The translations under genes were made by a program, and so were the position numbers. Under the pieces are notes generated by a model that was given only the letters and a program-made list of their open reading frames with translations, did no database searches and was not told the origin of the DNA. Shown here one piece after another: positions 44,902-54,059 of a stretch of DNA of 64,000 bases (positions are counted from its first letter, which is position 1; the number at the start of each line of letters is the position of its first letter). The DNA comes from an uncultured Candidatus Poseidoniales archaeon (GTDB lineage: Archaea; Thermoplasmatota; Poseidoniia; Poseidoniales; Poseidoniaceae), in assembly GCA_902563095.1 (NCBI GenBank), contig CACEWA010000006.1, positions 6,713 to 70,712 of the forward strand, written 5' to 3'.

Positions 44902-45872
44902 AGCATCGATTGTGCTTTGAGCATCCACTCTTCTGCCCAGGATTCTCCCGAAGTAAATAGGGATCGAGCCATGAAAAATGCCTCGGCAGCTTCACCTGCT
45001 TCGATTAGGTCTTGTAATCTCTTCAACTCTAGATTAATTGGCTCGTCTTCAGTCACTTCTTCTTCGACAACAGGTACTACAGAAACTGTATGTGACAAAT
45101 TCTGCATTCTCGATAGGAAGTCGGCACGTGTTTCTAGAGATGGGCCGCTCCAAGGAACCGCTTTTTCACCATCCATAGCACCCTTGAGCCTAGAAAGGAA
45201 AAGGTCGCGAACTGGTTCTGTTGGCCGAATTTGTTGGACGTGGTCATAACATAACCAAGCCTGGTCGATTTCCTCTCGACGTTCGTGCAACCTTCCTAAT
45301 TCCATCCACAATTCATGATTTGCAGGTCTATGAGCAAGCAAGTGATGCACAAGTTCGATGAACATATCTTCATGACCTGCACTCCTAATACGTTCCAATC
45401 TCCTACCATAGATTATGTTCGCACGCTGGTCTGTAAAATCTAGTCCTTTACACCTTGATGCGAAATTGTCTAAACTCTCCGCGTCCAATTTGTCAAACCA
45501 TACCTCTGGCTCCAAGGAATCTGTTAGGAATGCTGCCTCCAATAATTCGAGTCCTACTTCCATGTGGTCTACGCCTTTGAGTTGCCCTAATTGATTTGGG
45601 TCGCGACCTAATACAACAAACAAATCTTCCAAAACAAGTGACAATCCTTCCCCATCTTCCCGCATGTGTTTAATTTCTGCTAAGCAGCGCCAATTACGTT
45701 CATCAGTGAAATCATGCAAAACCGCTTGTTGTGCATTCTGTTCAGCCCATGCTAAGTTCTCGACTTTGCGTTCAGGATCCTTTCTTGCCAATTTAACAAA
45801 TCTATCAGCTTGTGAACGATGCCGACTCCCCAAATTCCTGCGAGGGTGCTGAAGGATGGAAGCACTATCCAT
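44898..45872 (-). CDS. Hypothetical helical-repeat (TPR-like) protein
   Basis: 324 aa with a TPR-like segment ELWMELGRLHERREEIDQAWLCYDHVQQIRP. Its stop codon overlaps the stop of the convergent gene (CTAA). Confidence 0.5.
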   Translation of the reverse strand: MDSASILQHPRRNLGSRHRSQADRFVKLARKDPERKVENLAWAEQNAQQAVLHDFTDERNWRCLAEIKHMREDGEGLSLVLEDLFVVLGRDPNQLGQLKGVDHMEVGLELLEAAFLTDSLEPEVWFDKLDAESLDNFASRCKGLDFTDQRANIIYGRRLERIRSAGHEDMFIELVHHLLAHRPANHELWMELGRLHERREEIDQAWLCYDHVQQIRPTEPVRDLFLSRLKGAMDGEKAVPWSGPSLETRADFLSRMQNLSHTVSVVPVVEEEVTEDEPINLELKRLQDLIEAGEAAEAFFMARSLFTSGESWAEEWMLKAQSML

Positions 45873-45881
45873 TGAATCAAC

Positions 45882-47186
45882 TCACTGAACTGACATGAAA
45901 CCTGAACGGTCATAACCCCAAGGTATAGTTGCATCAATACCAATCTTAGCAGTATTTCCATCATTTAGTCGTGATGGGTCAAGGCTCGAGCCCTTCTGAT
46001 TTGATAGAATAATTGAATCCGAATCTGGCTGCCATCTTGTCATCATAGCCCATTCCACTCTAACCGGGTCTGTAATGTCAATGTCTTCATCGACAATTGT
46101 TACCATTTTCATTGAACGATGACCATCTAAAGCGGCTTGAATGGCACGCTTTCCATCACCTTCATTTTTGACTCTAATCTTGACAACGGCTGCCAACCAA
46201 CCACCTCCCCCTTCAGTCATATGAACATCCAAGCACTCACAAACCTCGCTAACTGCAGATTTGATTGTAGGTGCTCTGGGCAACCCCATCAGGGTCTTGT
46301 GTTCCGCCTCTGCTGGAATCAAAGCATGAAATATCGGGTTTGTTCTGTGTGTAATTCCATCAATTTCTATGACTGGTTCTTGACGAATATCGTCAACTGT
46401 ACCTGTGATGTCGACATAAGGTCCTTCGTCATCATTTTCCGTTGTTATTCTTCCCCACATAGCATATTCTGCATTTGCTGGAACTTGGATGCCGTTAGGC
46501 AATGAAAGTAATTCTAATGGCTTCCCATACACTTTTTCATGTAATGCCGATGCGATTGTTAACTCATCGATATTTGTATCAAATGACATTGCTGCTGCAA
46601 GTAGAACTACTGGATCAGGGGCATTAATTACTGCAATTTTTACCTCCTCCCCCACAGCTCTTGCTTCTCCGGTCATCGTATGAAGATGCCTTGGGACAAT
46701 TCGAGCAACTAAGTGGTTGTCATCCCGCAAAAATTGGCGGTGGAATGACATGTTTCTGATTCCACCATATTCAGCAATAATTACGCTTGATGACATGTAC
46801 CTGCCCCTATCCTCTCTCCAATGATGAGGAATAGGTAAATCGGTCAGTTTTGGACTGGTTTGGGTATTTTCCATAACAGGTCCAGTTTCAACAATTTTCG
46901 GCTCGCTGGGGTTTTCCATCGCCCAGCCCAGTAAATCAATAAATTCCTCCGGCTCAATCGAAAGGGCTGCACAAAGACGGGGCCTTGTCAGCAGGTTTAC
47001 TGCAATTTTATGACCTGGTGCTTCGATAATATTTTCAAACAATAAAAGGTCATGGCCTGTTGATTTCGATTTGTCAAAAACCCCATGCAGCACGCTTGTT
47101 GGTTCTTCTACAGCAGTGGCTGCTCCCAGCAAATCACGGAATGCCATGGCACCGTCCTGTAGGGTTATAACCATGAACATTGGCAC
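45882..47186 (-). CDS. UbiD-family (prFMN-dependent) decarboxylase, short form
   Basis: Up to 434 aa. UbiD-like strings are LLLFENIIEAPGHKIAVNLL, GGIRNMSFHRQ and EGPYVDITG. The start is ambiguous: GTG at 47186, ATG at 47180 or 47174, or ATG at 47147 (MAFRDLLG, typical of UbiD N-termini). Confidence 0.8.
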   Translation of the reverse strand: MPMFMVITLQDGAMAFRDLLGAATAVEEPTSVLHGVFDKSKSTGHDLLLFENIIEAPGHKIAVNLLTRPRLCAALSIEPEEFIDLLGWAMENPSEPKIVETGPVMENTQTSPKLTDLPIPHHWREDRGRYMSSSVIIAEYGGIRNMSFHRQFLRDDNHLVARIVPRHLHTMTGEARAVGEEVKIAVINAPDPVVLLAAAMSFDTNIDELTIASALHEKVYGKPLELLSLPNGIQVPANAEYAMWGRITTENDDEGPYVDITGTVDDIRQEPVIEIDGITHRTNPIFHALIPAEAEHKTLMGLPRAPTIKSAVSEVCECLDVHMTEGGGGWLAAVVKIRVKNEGDGKRAIQAALDGHRSMKMVTIVDEDIDITDPVRVEWAMMTRWQPDSDSIILSNQKGSSLDPSRLNDGNTAKIGIDATIPWGYDRSGFMSVQ

Positions 47187-47286
47187 TAGAATTCGGCTGC
47201 GAGTGCATCATTTGAGCATTGTTTTCCAATCGGCACCATGAAATAGGGGGGGTAGGTCGGCAAGTTGCTTCTCTGGAGTTTTATAC

Positions 47287-47715
47287 ATGGGTCGTGGATT
47301 GTTCGCAGGAACCAAGATGGCAAAGGACCGCCAAAAGTTTAGGTGGTCTGACCGTAGATACAAGAAGCGTATGCTCAAGTCTAGAGCTAAGCACGACCCA
47401 CTAGCAGGTTCAACTCAAGCCAAGGGTATCGTTATCGAAAAAGTCGGTATTGAGGCTAAGCAGCCTAACTCCGGTATTCGTAAGGCAGTCAAGATTTCAC
47501 TAATCAAGAATGGAAACAAGTTGACTGCTTTCGCACCAGGCGACGGTGCTATCAATTTCATCGATGAACACGACGAAGTTATGGTCGAAGGTATCGGTGG
47601 ACGCATGGGTCGTTCTTACGGAGATATTCCTGGAGTACGCTACAAGGTAATCCAAGTGAACGGTGTTTCATTAGATGAAATGGTTCGTGGACGCAAGGAA
47701 AAGCCTGTTCGATGA
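47287..47715 (+). CDS. rps12: Ribosomal protein S12 (uS12)
   Basis: Strings [55 protein letters not shown] and [18 protein letters not shown]. Confidence 0.95.
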   Translation: MGRGLFAGTKMAKDRQKFRWSDRRYKKRMLKSRAKHDPLAGSTQAKGIVIEKVGIEAKQPNSGIRKAVKISLIKNGNKLTAFAPGDGAINFIDEHDEVMVEGIGGRMGRSYGDIPGVRYKVIQVNGVSLDEMVRGRKEKPVR

Positions 47716-47721
47716 TTTGGA

Positions 47722-48354
47722 GTGATTGTGATGAGTGACGAAGTCGAAACACAAGAAGAACCTGTCGAAGAAGTAAAGCCAATCGCTGGTATTGGAACAC
47801 TAGTTTTCGGTAAGTATGATGCTGCTGAAGTTGTTTGCCGTGATCCTGGTCTAGCACCATACATCAATCTCTCAACAGTTGGTGTTCCACACACTGGCGG
47901 CCGACACGCTAATGCATGGTTCGGTAAAGCTCGCCTATCTGTCGTAGAACGATTCACTAACAAGTTAATGCGCACTGGCAAGTATACAGGTAAGAAAATG
48001 GGTGCTTTGAAGGCGTTTGAGGCTGCATTAGATTCAATGGCTGCTAAGAGTGGAGAAAACCCATTGCAGGCATTCGTAGATGCAATTTGTCATGCAGCTC
48101 CAATGGAAGAGATTACCCGTATCAAGTTCGGTGCGGTTTCTCAGCCAAAAGCAGTTGACAGTTCACCTTCACGAAGGCTTGATGTCGCTCTAGCAAACCT
48201 AGCCAAGGGCGCACAACAAGGTACATCCAAATCTAAGAGAACACTTACTCAATGTATTATCAATGAACTAACCAAGGCTAGTGCTGGAGATGTAACATCT
48301 TTCGCAGTTTCTAAGAAGGAAGAAGTTCAACGTATTGCGGCTAGTGCAAGATGA
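47722..48354 (+). CDS. rps7: Ribosomal protein S7 (uS7)
   Basis: It follows S12 after 6 nt. Strings LSVVERFTNKLMRTG and EITRIKFGAVSQPKAVDSSPSRR. The start may be the ATG at 47731. Confidence 0.95.
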   Translation: MIVMSDEVETQEEPVEEVKPIAGIGTLVFGKYDAAEVVCRDPGLAPYINLSTVGVPHTGGRHANAWFGKARLSVVERFTNKLMRTGKYTGKKMGALKAFEAALDSMAAKSGENPLQAFVDAICHAAPMEEITRIKFGAVSQPKAVDSSPSRRLDVALANLAKGAQQGTSKSKRTLTQCIINELTKASAGDVTSFAVSKKEEVQRIAASAR

Positions 48355-48444
48355 TGGCATAATCAGCATACAGCAAACTACTTCGCAAATTTTGTGGAGT
48401 TGATTTGATAAACCCCTTCAAGGTGGCGAGAACAGACGAGAGTC

Positions 48445-48451
48445 AGGTGAT
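48445..48451 (+). promoter_or_regulatory. Shine-Dalgarno AGGTGAT upstream of the EF-2 gene
   Basis: AGGTGAT is followed by a 5-nt spacer and then the ATG at 48457. Confidence 0.55.
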
Positions 48452-48456
48452 TCACC

Positions 48457-50664
48457 ATGGGCCGTAAAGAAGACAATATCAAGAAAGCAACAGAAGTTAT
48501 GCACATCCTACCACAGATTCGTAACTTGTGTATCGCCGCTCACATTGACCACGGAAAGACAACACTTTCTGACAACCTAATTGCTGGTGCAGGAATGATG
48601 AGCGAAGATTTAGCCGGTAAGAGCCGTGTTTTAGACTTTGATGAACAAGAGAGTGCTCGTGGAATTACCATTAATGCAGCATCAGCATCTATGGTTCACG
48701 CGGTTGAAGGAACTGATTATCTAATCAATCTAATCGACACACCTGGTCACGTAGACTTCGGTGGTGACGTTACTCGTGCTATGCGTGCTGTTGACGGATG
48801 TTTCATCCTAGCTTGTGCGGTTGAAGGACCAATGCCTCAGACTGAGACTGTTGTAAGGCAGGCTTTGAAAGAGAAAGTTAAGCCAGTTCTATTCATTAAC
48901 AAGGTTGACCGCCTAATCAACGAATTGAAGGTCACACCTGAAGATATGTTGAAGAGATTCGAAGAAACTATCAAGAAAGTTAACAAATTAATTCATTCAT
49001 TTGCTCCTGAAGGTATGGAAAAGAAATGGCAAGTAAGCGTTCTAGATGGAACTGTTGCATTCGGTTCTGCATACCACAATTGGGGAATCACAATTCCTTA
49101 CATGAAAAAGTCAGGAGTCTCAATGACTGAAATTTTCGAGTTCTGTAACAATGAGGACCAGAAGACACTGGCCAAAAAGGCTCCAGTTCATGAAGTTCTT
49201 TTGGACATGGCTGTTACAAAGTTACCAGGCCCAGTTGAAGCACAACCATACCGTATTCCTAACATTTGGAATGGAGACCTAGATTCACCTATTGGTAAAG
49301 CAATGATAGACTGTGACCCTGAAGCAGAACTTTCGATGATGATCACCAAGATTTGGATGGACCCTCACGCTGGTGAAGTTGCAGTAGGAAGACTATATTC
49401 TGGTGCAATCAACCAAGGTGAATCTGTATTCGCAATTGGTGCTGCAAAACCAGAACGTGTTCAACAAGTGAGCATGATGGTTGGAGGCGACAGAATCCCA
49501 GTACCAAAGGTAGTCGCAGGAAATATCGCAGCAATCACTGGTATCCGCTCCGCTGCTGCTGGTGTAACATTGTCTCGTGACAAGGATTTCACACCATTCG
49601 AAGCAATTAGACACTACTCAGATCCTGTAGTTACCGTAGCGGTTGAGCCAAAGAGTATGAAGGACCTTCCAAAGTTCATCGACGCTCTAAGGTCACTTGC
49701 CAAATCTGACGCTTCGCTTCAAGTTATGACCAATCAAGAAACTGGAGAGGCTCTATTAGCAGGAATGGGAGAATTACACCTTGAAATCACAGTTTACAGA
49801 CTGGAAGAAGAACAGAACATCAAGGTAAAGGTTAGTCCACCAATTGTCGTATACAGAGAATCTGTAGAAGGAAACAACAAGGGACGCTCGTTCGAAGGAA
49901 AGTCACCTAACCGTCACAACAGATTCATGATCGAATGTGAACCACTTTCGTCTGAAGTTGTAACCGCTCTAAGAGAAGGACACTTCGGAAGTGGAACTAT
50001 CAGGTCTGGAGATGCTAAGGAACTCGGAAGCAAATTCGGTGAATATGGAATGAACAAAGACCTAATGCGCAAGACTTACGCAATTAATGGAACCAATTTA
50101 CTAGTCAATGACACTAAAGGTATTCAAGGACTTCACGAAACTCGTGAATTGATTATCGAAGCTTTCAATGAAGTATGTAAGAAAGGGCCAGTTGCAGATG
50201 AACCAGTTATGGGAATGATGGTTAGACTAGTCGATGCAAAATTACACGAAGATGCAATCCACCGTGGACCTGCTCAGACTATTCCTGCTGTAAGAAATGC
50301 AATCAAGGGTGCAATGCTACGTGCTCGCACTGTATTGATGGAGCCTATGCAGAGATCCCATGTCAGCGTTCCTAACGACTGGCTTGGTCAAGTCACTCGT
50401 GAAATTACCAACAGAAGAGGTATCATCGAAGATATGCCATCTGAAGGTGAGGCTACAACTGTAATCGGAACACTACCGGTCGCTGAAACATTCGGATTCT
50501 CCAACGATATCCGTGCTGCTTCTCAAGGTCGTGCGGTTTGGAACTCAGAAAATATCGGTTTCGAAATGCTACCTCCTCAATTGTTCGACAAGGTTGTTGG
50601 AGAAATCCGCACACGTAAGGGATTAAAGCCAGAACCAAATCCAGAGTCTTACTACTCTGATTGA
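48457..50664 (+). CDS. fusA: Translation elongation factor 2 (aEF-2)
   Basis: 735 aa. G motifs are AHIDHGKTTLSD, DTPGHVDF and NKVDR. The diphthamide-site region is DAIHRGPAQ. Confidence 0.95.
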   Translation: MGRKEDNIKKATEVMHILPQIRNLCIAAHIDHGKTTLSDNLIAGAGMMSEDLAGKSRVLDFDEQESARGITINAASASMVHAVEGTDYLINLIDTPGHVDFGGDVTRAMRAVDGCFILACAVEGPMPQTETVVRQALKEKVKPVLFINKVDRLINELKVTPEDMLKRFEETIKKVNKLIHSFAPEGMEKKWQVSVLDGTVAFGSAYHNWGITIPYMKKSGVSMTEIFEFCNNEDQKTLAKKAPVHEVLLDMAVTKLPGPVEAQPYRIPNIWNGDLDSPIGKAMIDCDPEAELSMMITKIWMDPHAGEVAVGRLYSGAINQGESVFAIGAAKPERVQQVSMMVGGDRIPVPKVVAGNIAAITGIRSAAAGVTLSRDKDFTPFEAIRHYSDPVVTVAVEPKSMKDLPKFIDALRSLAKSDASLQVMTNQETGEALLAGMGELHLEITVYRLEEEQNIKVKVSPPIVVYRESVEGNNKGRSFEGKSPNRHNRFMIECEPLSSEVVTALREGHFGSGTIRSGDAKELGSKFGEYGMNKDLMRKTYAINGTNLLVNDTKGIQGLHETRELIIEAFNEVCKKGPVADEPVMGMMVRLVDAKLHEDAIHRGPAQTIPAVRNAIKGAMLRARTVLMEPMQRSHVSVPNDWLGQVTREITNRRGIIEDMPSEGEATTVIGTLPVAETFGFSNDIRAASQGRAVWNSENIGFEMLPPQLFDKVVGEIRTRKGLKPEPNPESYYSD

Positions 50665-50697
50665 TCAGTTGATTTGATTGCTCAAAGAGGGTAACCT

Positions 50698-51129
50698 ATG
50701 GGCAGATTGTTGGGTATATTTGCCTCGAATGGTGGTGTCCCCAAACTTCCAGTTGAGTCTGCGCAAATAGATATCAACGGAATAGTTGGTGACGCTTGTA
50801 ACAACAAAAAACACCACGGCGGTCCAATGAAGGCAATTTGTGTTTTAGAGAATGAGCTCTTGGTCAAGTTACAATCCGAAGGTCATCCAATCCATCCCGG
50901 TACAACCGGCGAAAACATACTCGTTGAGGGTTACAATTTGGAGTTCGGGAAAGTGTTTGATGTTGGTGAGGTTCGACTTGAGGTTGTATCTGATGCCACA
51001 CCTTGTTGGAAAATAGCAGACTCATTCACTGAAGGAGATTATAGTCGAATGTCCAATGAAAAATATCCTGGCGACACAAGATGGTATTGCAAGGTTCTGA
51101 ATACCGGTGTAATCAGTATATCCGGTTGA
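50698..51129 (+). CDS. MOSC-domain protein
   Basis: 143 aa with HHGGPMKAICVL, PGTTGENILVEG and ATPCWKI (conserved Cys). Confidence 0.7.
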   Translation: MGRLLGIFASNGGVPKLPVESAQIDINGIVGDACNNKKHHGGPMKAICVLENELLVKLQSEGHPIHPGTTGENILVEGYNLEFGKVFDVGEVRLEVVSDATPCWKIADSFTEGDYSRMSNEKYPGDTRWYCKVLNTGVISISG

Positions 51130-52858
51130 GCTGGTAATCGGTCAACTCTCTTAATGCCCTGAGTGCAGGATTATCAGAAATACGATCTAGACAGTCGTGT
51201 GCTTTACGATGGTAAGATTCAGCCTTTACTTTAGCATATTCGATTGAGCCTAAATCATGCAATGCCTGATGGCCTCTAGCAACTTGCTCCGCAGTAACAT
51301 CCTCACCCTTTCCTAGAACTGCAAGTAAATCATCCTTTGACTGTGAAGGAGGTTGTCTCAGTGCGTGAATTACCATCAAGGTTCTCTTTCCTTGAGCTAC
51401 ATCACTACCACTAGGTTTTCCTAAAGTATCTGAATCAGATAAAACATCGATTAAATCGTCCATCAACTGGAAACACAATCCTAGTGCAAGACCCCAGTCA
51501 TGCATACACTGAATCACATCTTCATCGGCGCCTGCAAGGTGTGAACCAACTTCGGCACAAGTAAGGAACATTGCAGCAGTCTTACCGTGAATCATCTCAA
51601 TGTACTCTTCTTCAGAAACAACTTCACGATTCTCAAATTCGATATCGAGTTGTTGACCCTCACTACACTTGCGGACCATTCTACCTATTCGCTTGACTAA
51701 GAATGGCAATAGTTCTGGCTCAATACCTTCTGCAACAGCCATTGCCTCGAATGCAATCGCTAGCATAGCATCTCCTGCATTAATCGCAGTTGGTAAATCA
51801 TAAGCAATATGCACTGCAGGTCGGCCACGGCGAACATCATCATCATCCATAATGTCATCATGGACTAGAGTGAAATTGTGAATAATTTCTATCGCTGCTC
51901 CAACATCGAGTAAACCTGAATGAGTATCGCCTACGGCTTTAGCAACTAACCATGGTAATGTTGCTCTTAGTCGCTTTCCGCCACCCTCTAAAAGATGCAT
52001 CATAGCACCAGACAATCGAGTTAATTTGCTGTGGGTCAAAGCACGCTCAATTCGACTTTCAACCAATTCTTTGACTTCAGAAATGCTGGTTGACAAATCC
52101 GCTCCAATTGCATTTGGCAACATATGCGAAACATCACCCATGTCATGAATCAAATCATCTGGCTTTACGCAACCTGGCCTCCACCAATCATCATTCATTA
52201 TTCTAGCAGCAATACAGCGGAACCATGGAGCGATCACATTTTCTGGGTCATCTGCCACTAACATTTCTTCCAAATCCTCTTGAGAAACCCATTTGATTTC
52301 ACTAACTTCATTCGGATTCGGGTTTACATCAACATCAGTATGAATTACTAAGCAATGGTCTACCTCTCTCTCGATCCAATCTTCATCTTGGCGTGCTTGA
52401 TATCGCATTTTTGTTACAAATTCAAACTTCTCCAAGGGGACCTGTGAAGGATGAATCCCCAATTCCTGTTCCAACTTCCTAACAGCTGCTCTCTTTACCC
52501 CAAGGGCATCTTTCAATTCCATTTCTTCTTCTGAATGGAGTGGATGTGAACAGCAAGAATTGGCCCATACATTAGGGAATGTTATCTTGTGAGATGCCCT
52601 TCTCTGGAGCAACAAACGACCAGTTGAATCGAAAAGCATGACGCTGAATGCTCGGTGGATTACACCATCACCGTAGTGACTATCAAGCTTAGAAATCGGG
52701 CCGACAACCTCGTCACTTTCCGTAACTTGTATCACGGCTTCAGCCATCAATGACTCTTGTACTGAATCTGAACCTGCCAGTGCATCCGAGGCTTCAGCCT
52801 CCATTTGCATGGTCGGAACATCCTCAATGCCATATCCTGACATACACTCACCGTACAA
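51113..52858 (-). CDS. Fusion protein: type-1 isopentenyl-diphosphate isomerase (Nudix fold) at the N-terminus, trans-polyprenyl (geranylgeranyl) diphosphate synthase at the C-terminus
   Basis: 581 aa. The N-terminal half has HRAFSVMLFDSTGRLLLQRRASHKITFPNVWANSCCSHP and the EREVDH Glu cluster (IDI-1). The C-terminal half has the first Asp-rich motif LVHDDIMDDDDVRRGRP and the second, FQLMDDLIDV. Confidence 0.85.
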   Translation of the reverse strand: MYGECMSGYGIEDVPTMQMEAEASDALAGSDSVQESLMAEAVIQVTESDEVVGPISKLDSHYGDGVIHRAFSVMLFDSTGRLLLQRRASHKITFPNVWANSCCSHPLHSEEEMELKDALGVKRAAVRKLEQELGIHPSQVPLEKFEFVTKMRYQARQDEDWIEREVDHCLVIHTDVDVNPNPNEVSEIKWVSQEDLEEMLVADDPENVIAPWFRCIAARIMNDDWWRPGCVKPDDLIHDMGDVSHMLPNAIGADLSTSISEVKELVESRIERALTHSKLTRLSGAMMHLLEGGGKRLRATLPWLVAKAVGDTHSGLLDVGAAIEIIHNFTLVHDDIMDDDDVRRGRPAVHIAYDLPTAINAGDAMLAIAFEAMAVAEGIEPELLPFLVKRIGRMVRKCSEGQQLDIEFENREVVSEEEYIEMIHGKTAAMFLTCAEVGSHLAGADEDVIQCMHDWGLALGLCFQLMDDLIDVLSDSDTLGKPSGSDVAQGKRTLMVIHALRQPPSQSKDDLLAVLGKGEDVTAEQVARGHQALHDLGSIEYAKVKAESYHRKAHDCLDRISDNPALRALRELTDYQLNRIY

Positions 52859-52878
52859 CCGGTTTCGCGTCCACTACA

Positions 52879-53667
52879 TCAACAGTTCCCTAGAACTATT
52901 CTTGTTCCAATAACCGGAAAACCCTCAATTGCATCACTAACTCTTTGTGGAATTTCACCGTTGACTAAAATCACATCAACTCCTTTGGATGCAATCATCG
53001 CACCCCTCGCAGCCTTCAATCCGATGCCACCTGTGACATCAATGTCGACTGCATGCTCGCCTTCAAATTCCATTTCGGGATTCCATACTTCGATTAGATC
53101 CTCCGGGCCTGCCTTACTCGGAGGCACACGTAGTATCCCGTCAACTTCTCCAATGGCAAAAATTGCCCGTTCAACTCCAGAAAATTCAGTAGCATATCTA
53201 AGCATTAAATCATCACCAGAAAGGATTCCGAAATCCTTCTCATCATCATCAACAACATCACCATAGACGACTGTAACACCATCATGAATTGGTAGATTAC
53301 CAGAAAAATTGGGCCCGGTACCTTTAGCCCATTCATGAGGTGGGAATGATTTCACATCGAGGCCCTTTGCTTGCAAAGCAGTTACTACAATTTGGTTTAG
53401 CTCCAACATGTCATTTCTTACATCCTGAACTGCTTCATCTTGTTCGATTCCTTCAATTCGACCATCTGCTAAGCGATATTTCTTGGCCTTCATGTGGCCA
53501 AATGACCCCGCACCATGTACAATTACCAAATTTTTGCTTGAGTTTTTACAAACCTCTGCAAGTGATTCAATCACACCTTGATTAACAGTACACAACTTGT
53601 CTTTGTGGGTGATTAATCCTCCTCCCCACTTGATGACAACAGTGCCGCCCATGCATATGCCACACAT
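52879..53667 (-). CDS. ipk: Isopentenyl phosphate kinase (amino-acid-kinase fold)
   Basis: Strings VVIKWGGGLITHKD, VIVHGAGSFGH, ILSGDDL and DVTGGI. The start is the ATG at 53667 or 53652. Confidence 0.8.
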   Translation of the reverse strand: MCGICMGGTVVIKWGGGLITHKDKLCTVNQGVIESLAEVCKNSSKNLVIVHGAGSFGHMKAKKYRLADGRIEGIEQDEAVQDVRNDMLELNQIVVTALQAKGLDVKSFPPHEWAKGTGPNFSGNLPIHDGVTVVYGDVVDDDEKDFGILSGDDLMLRYATEFSGVERAIFAIGEVDGILRVPPSKAGPEDLIEVWNPEMEFEGEHAVDIDVTGGIGLKAARGAMIASKGVDVILVNGEIPQRVSDAIEGFPVIGTRIVLGNC

Positions 53668-53720
53668 TTCCTACTAATGTGTGCATTGGATTTACATGGG
53701 AGTCTGGATACGGCACTAAC

Positions 53721-54059
53721 ATGACCGAGTCACCAACAGTGGATGAGTTCATCCGACACATGCAAACTGAATTAGATGCATGTGAAGATATTGTTGACAA
53801 AAAAGAGAGACAAAACCGACAATGGCAAATCGAGTCGTCACTGCTTTTGGCAATTGATTTCGCAAGCAAATTCAAGGAATTAGCAAAACTCGGACAAAAC
53901 CCAATTCAAATTGTTCAGGCATTGGCAACCCAAGACCCTGATTCAGCAAAAATTGCCAAACAGGTTATCTCTATAGCAACTGGATTGTGCCCACATTGTG
54001 GCGCAACTATGGAAGCAGATCTCGATTTCTGTCCTAGTTGCGGAAATTATGTGGAATGA
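53721..54059 (+). CDS. Hypothetical protein with C-terminal zinc ribbon
   Basis: About 112 aa from the ATG at 53721 (the ORF opens at 53679). It is helical and ends in CPHC-x10-CPSC. Its stop abuts the stop of tpt1 with 0 nt between them. Confidence 0.45.
   Translation: MTESPTVDEFIRHMQTELDACEDIVDKKERQNRQWQIESSLLLAIDFASKFKELAKLGQNPIQIVQALATQDPDSAKIAKQVISIATGLCPHCGATMEADLDFCPSCGNYVE

Noticed and set aside
47279-47286. TTTTATAC TATA-like element immediately upstream of the S12 ATG, which could imply an internal start at Met11 (47317)
   Set aside because: The full-length N-terminus [22 protein letters not shown] aligns with known archaeal S12 N-termini (for example the ..KYAARKLKKDRQKHRWSD pattern). 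The ATG at 47287 is therefore the start, and the TATA-like string is too close to serve as its promoter.
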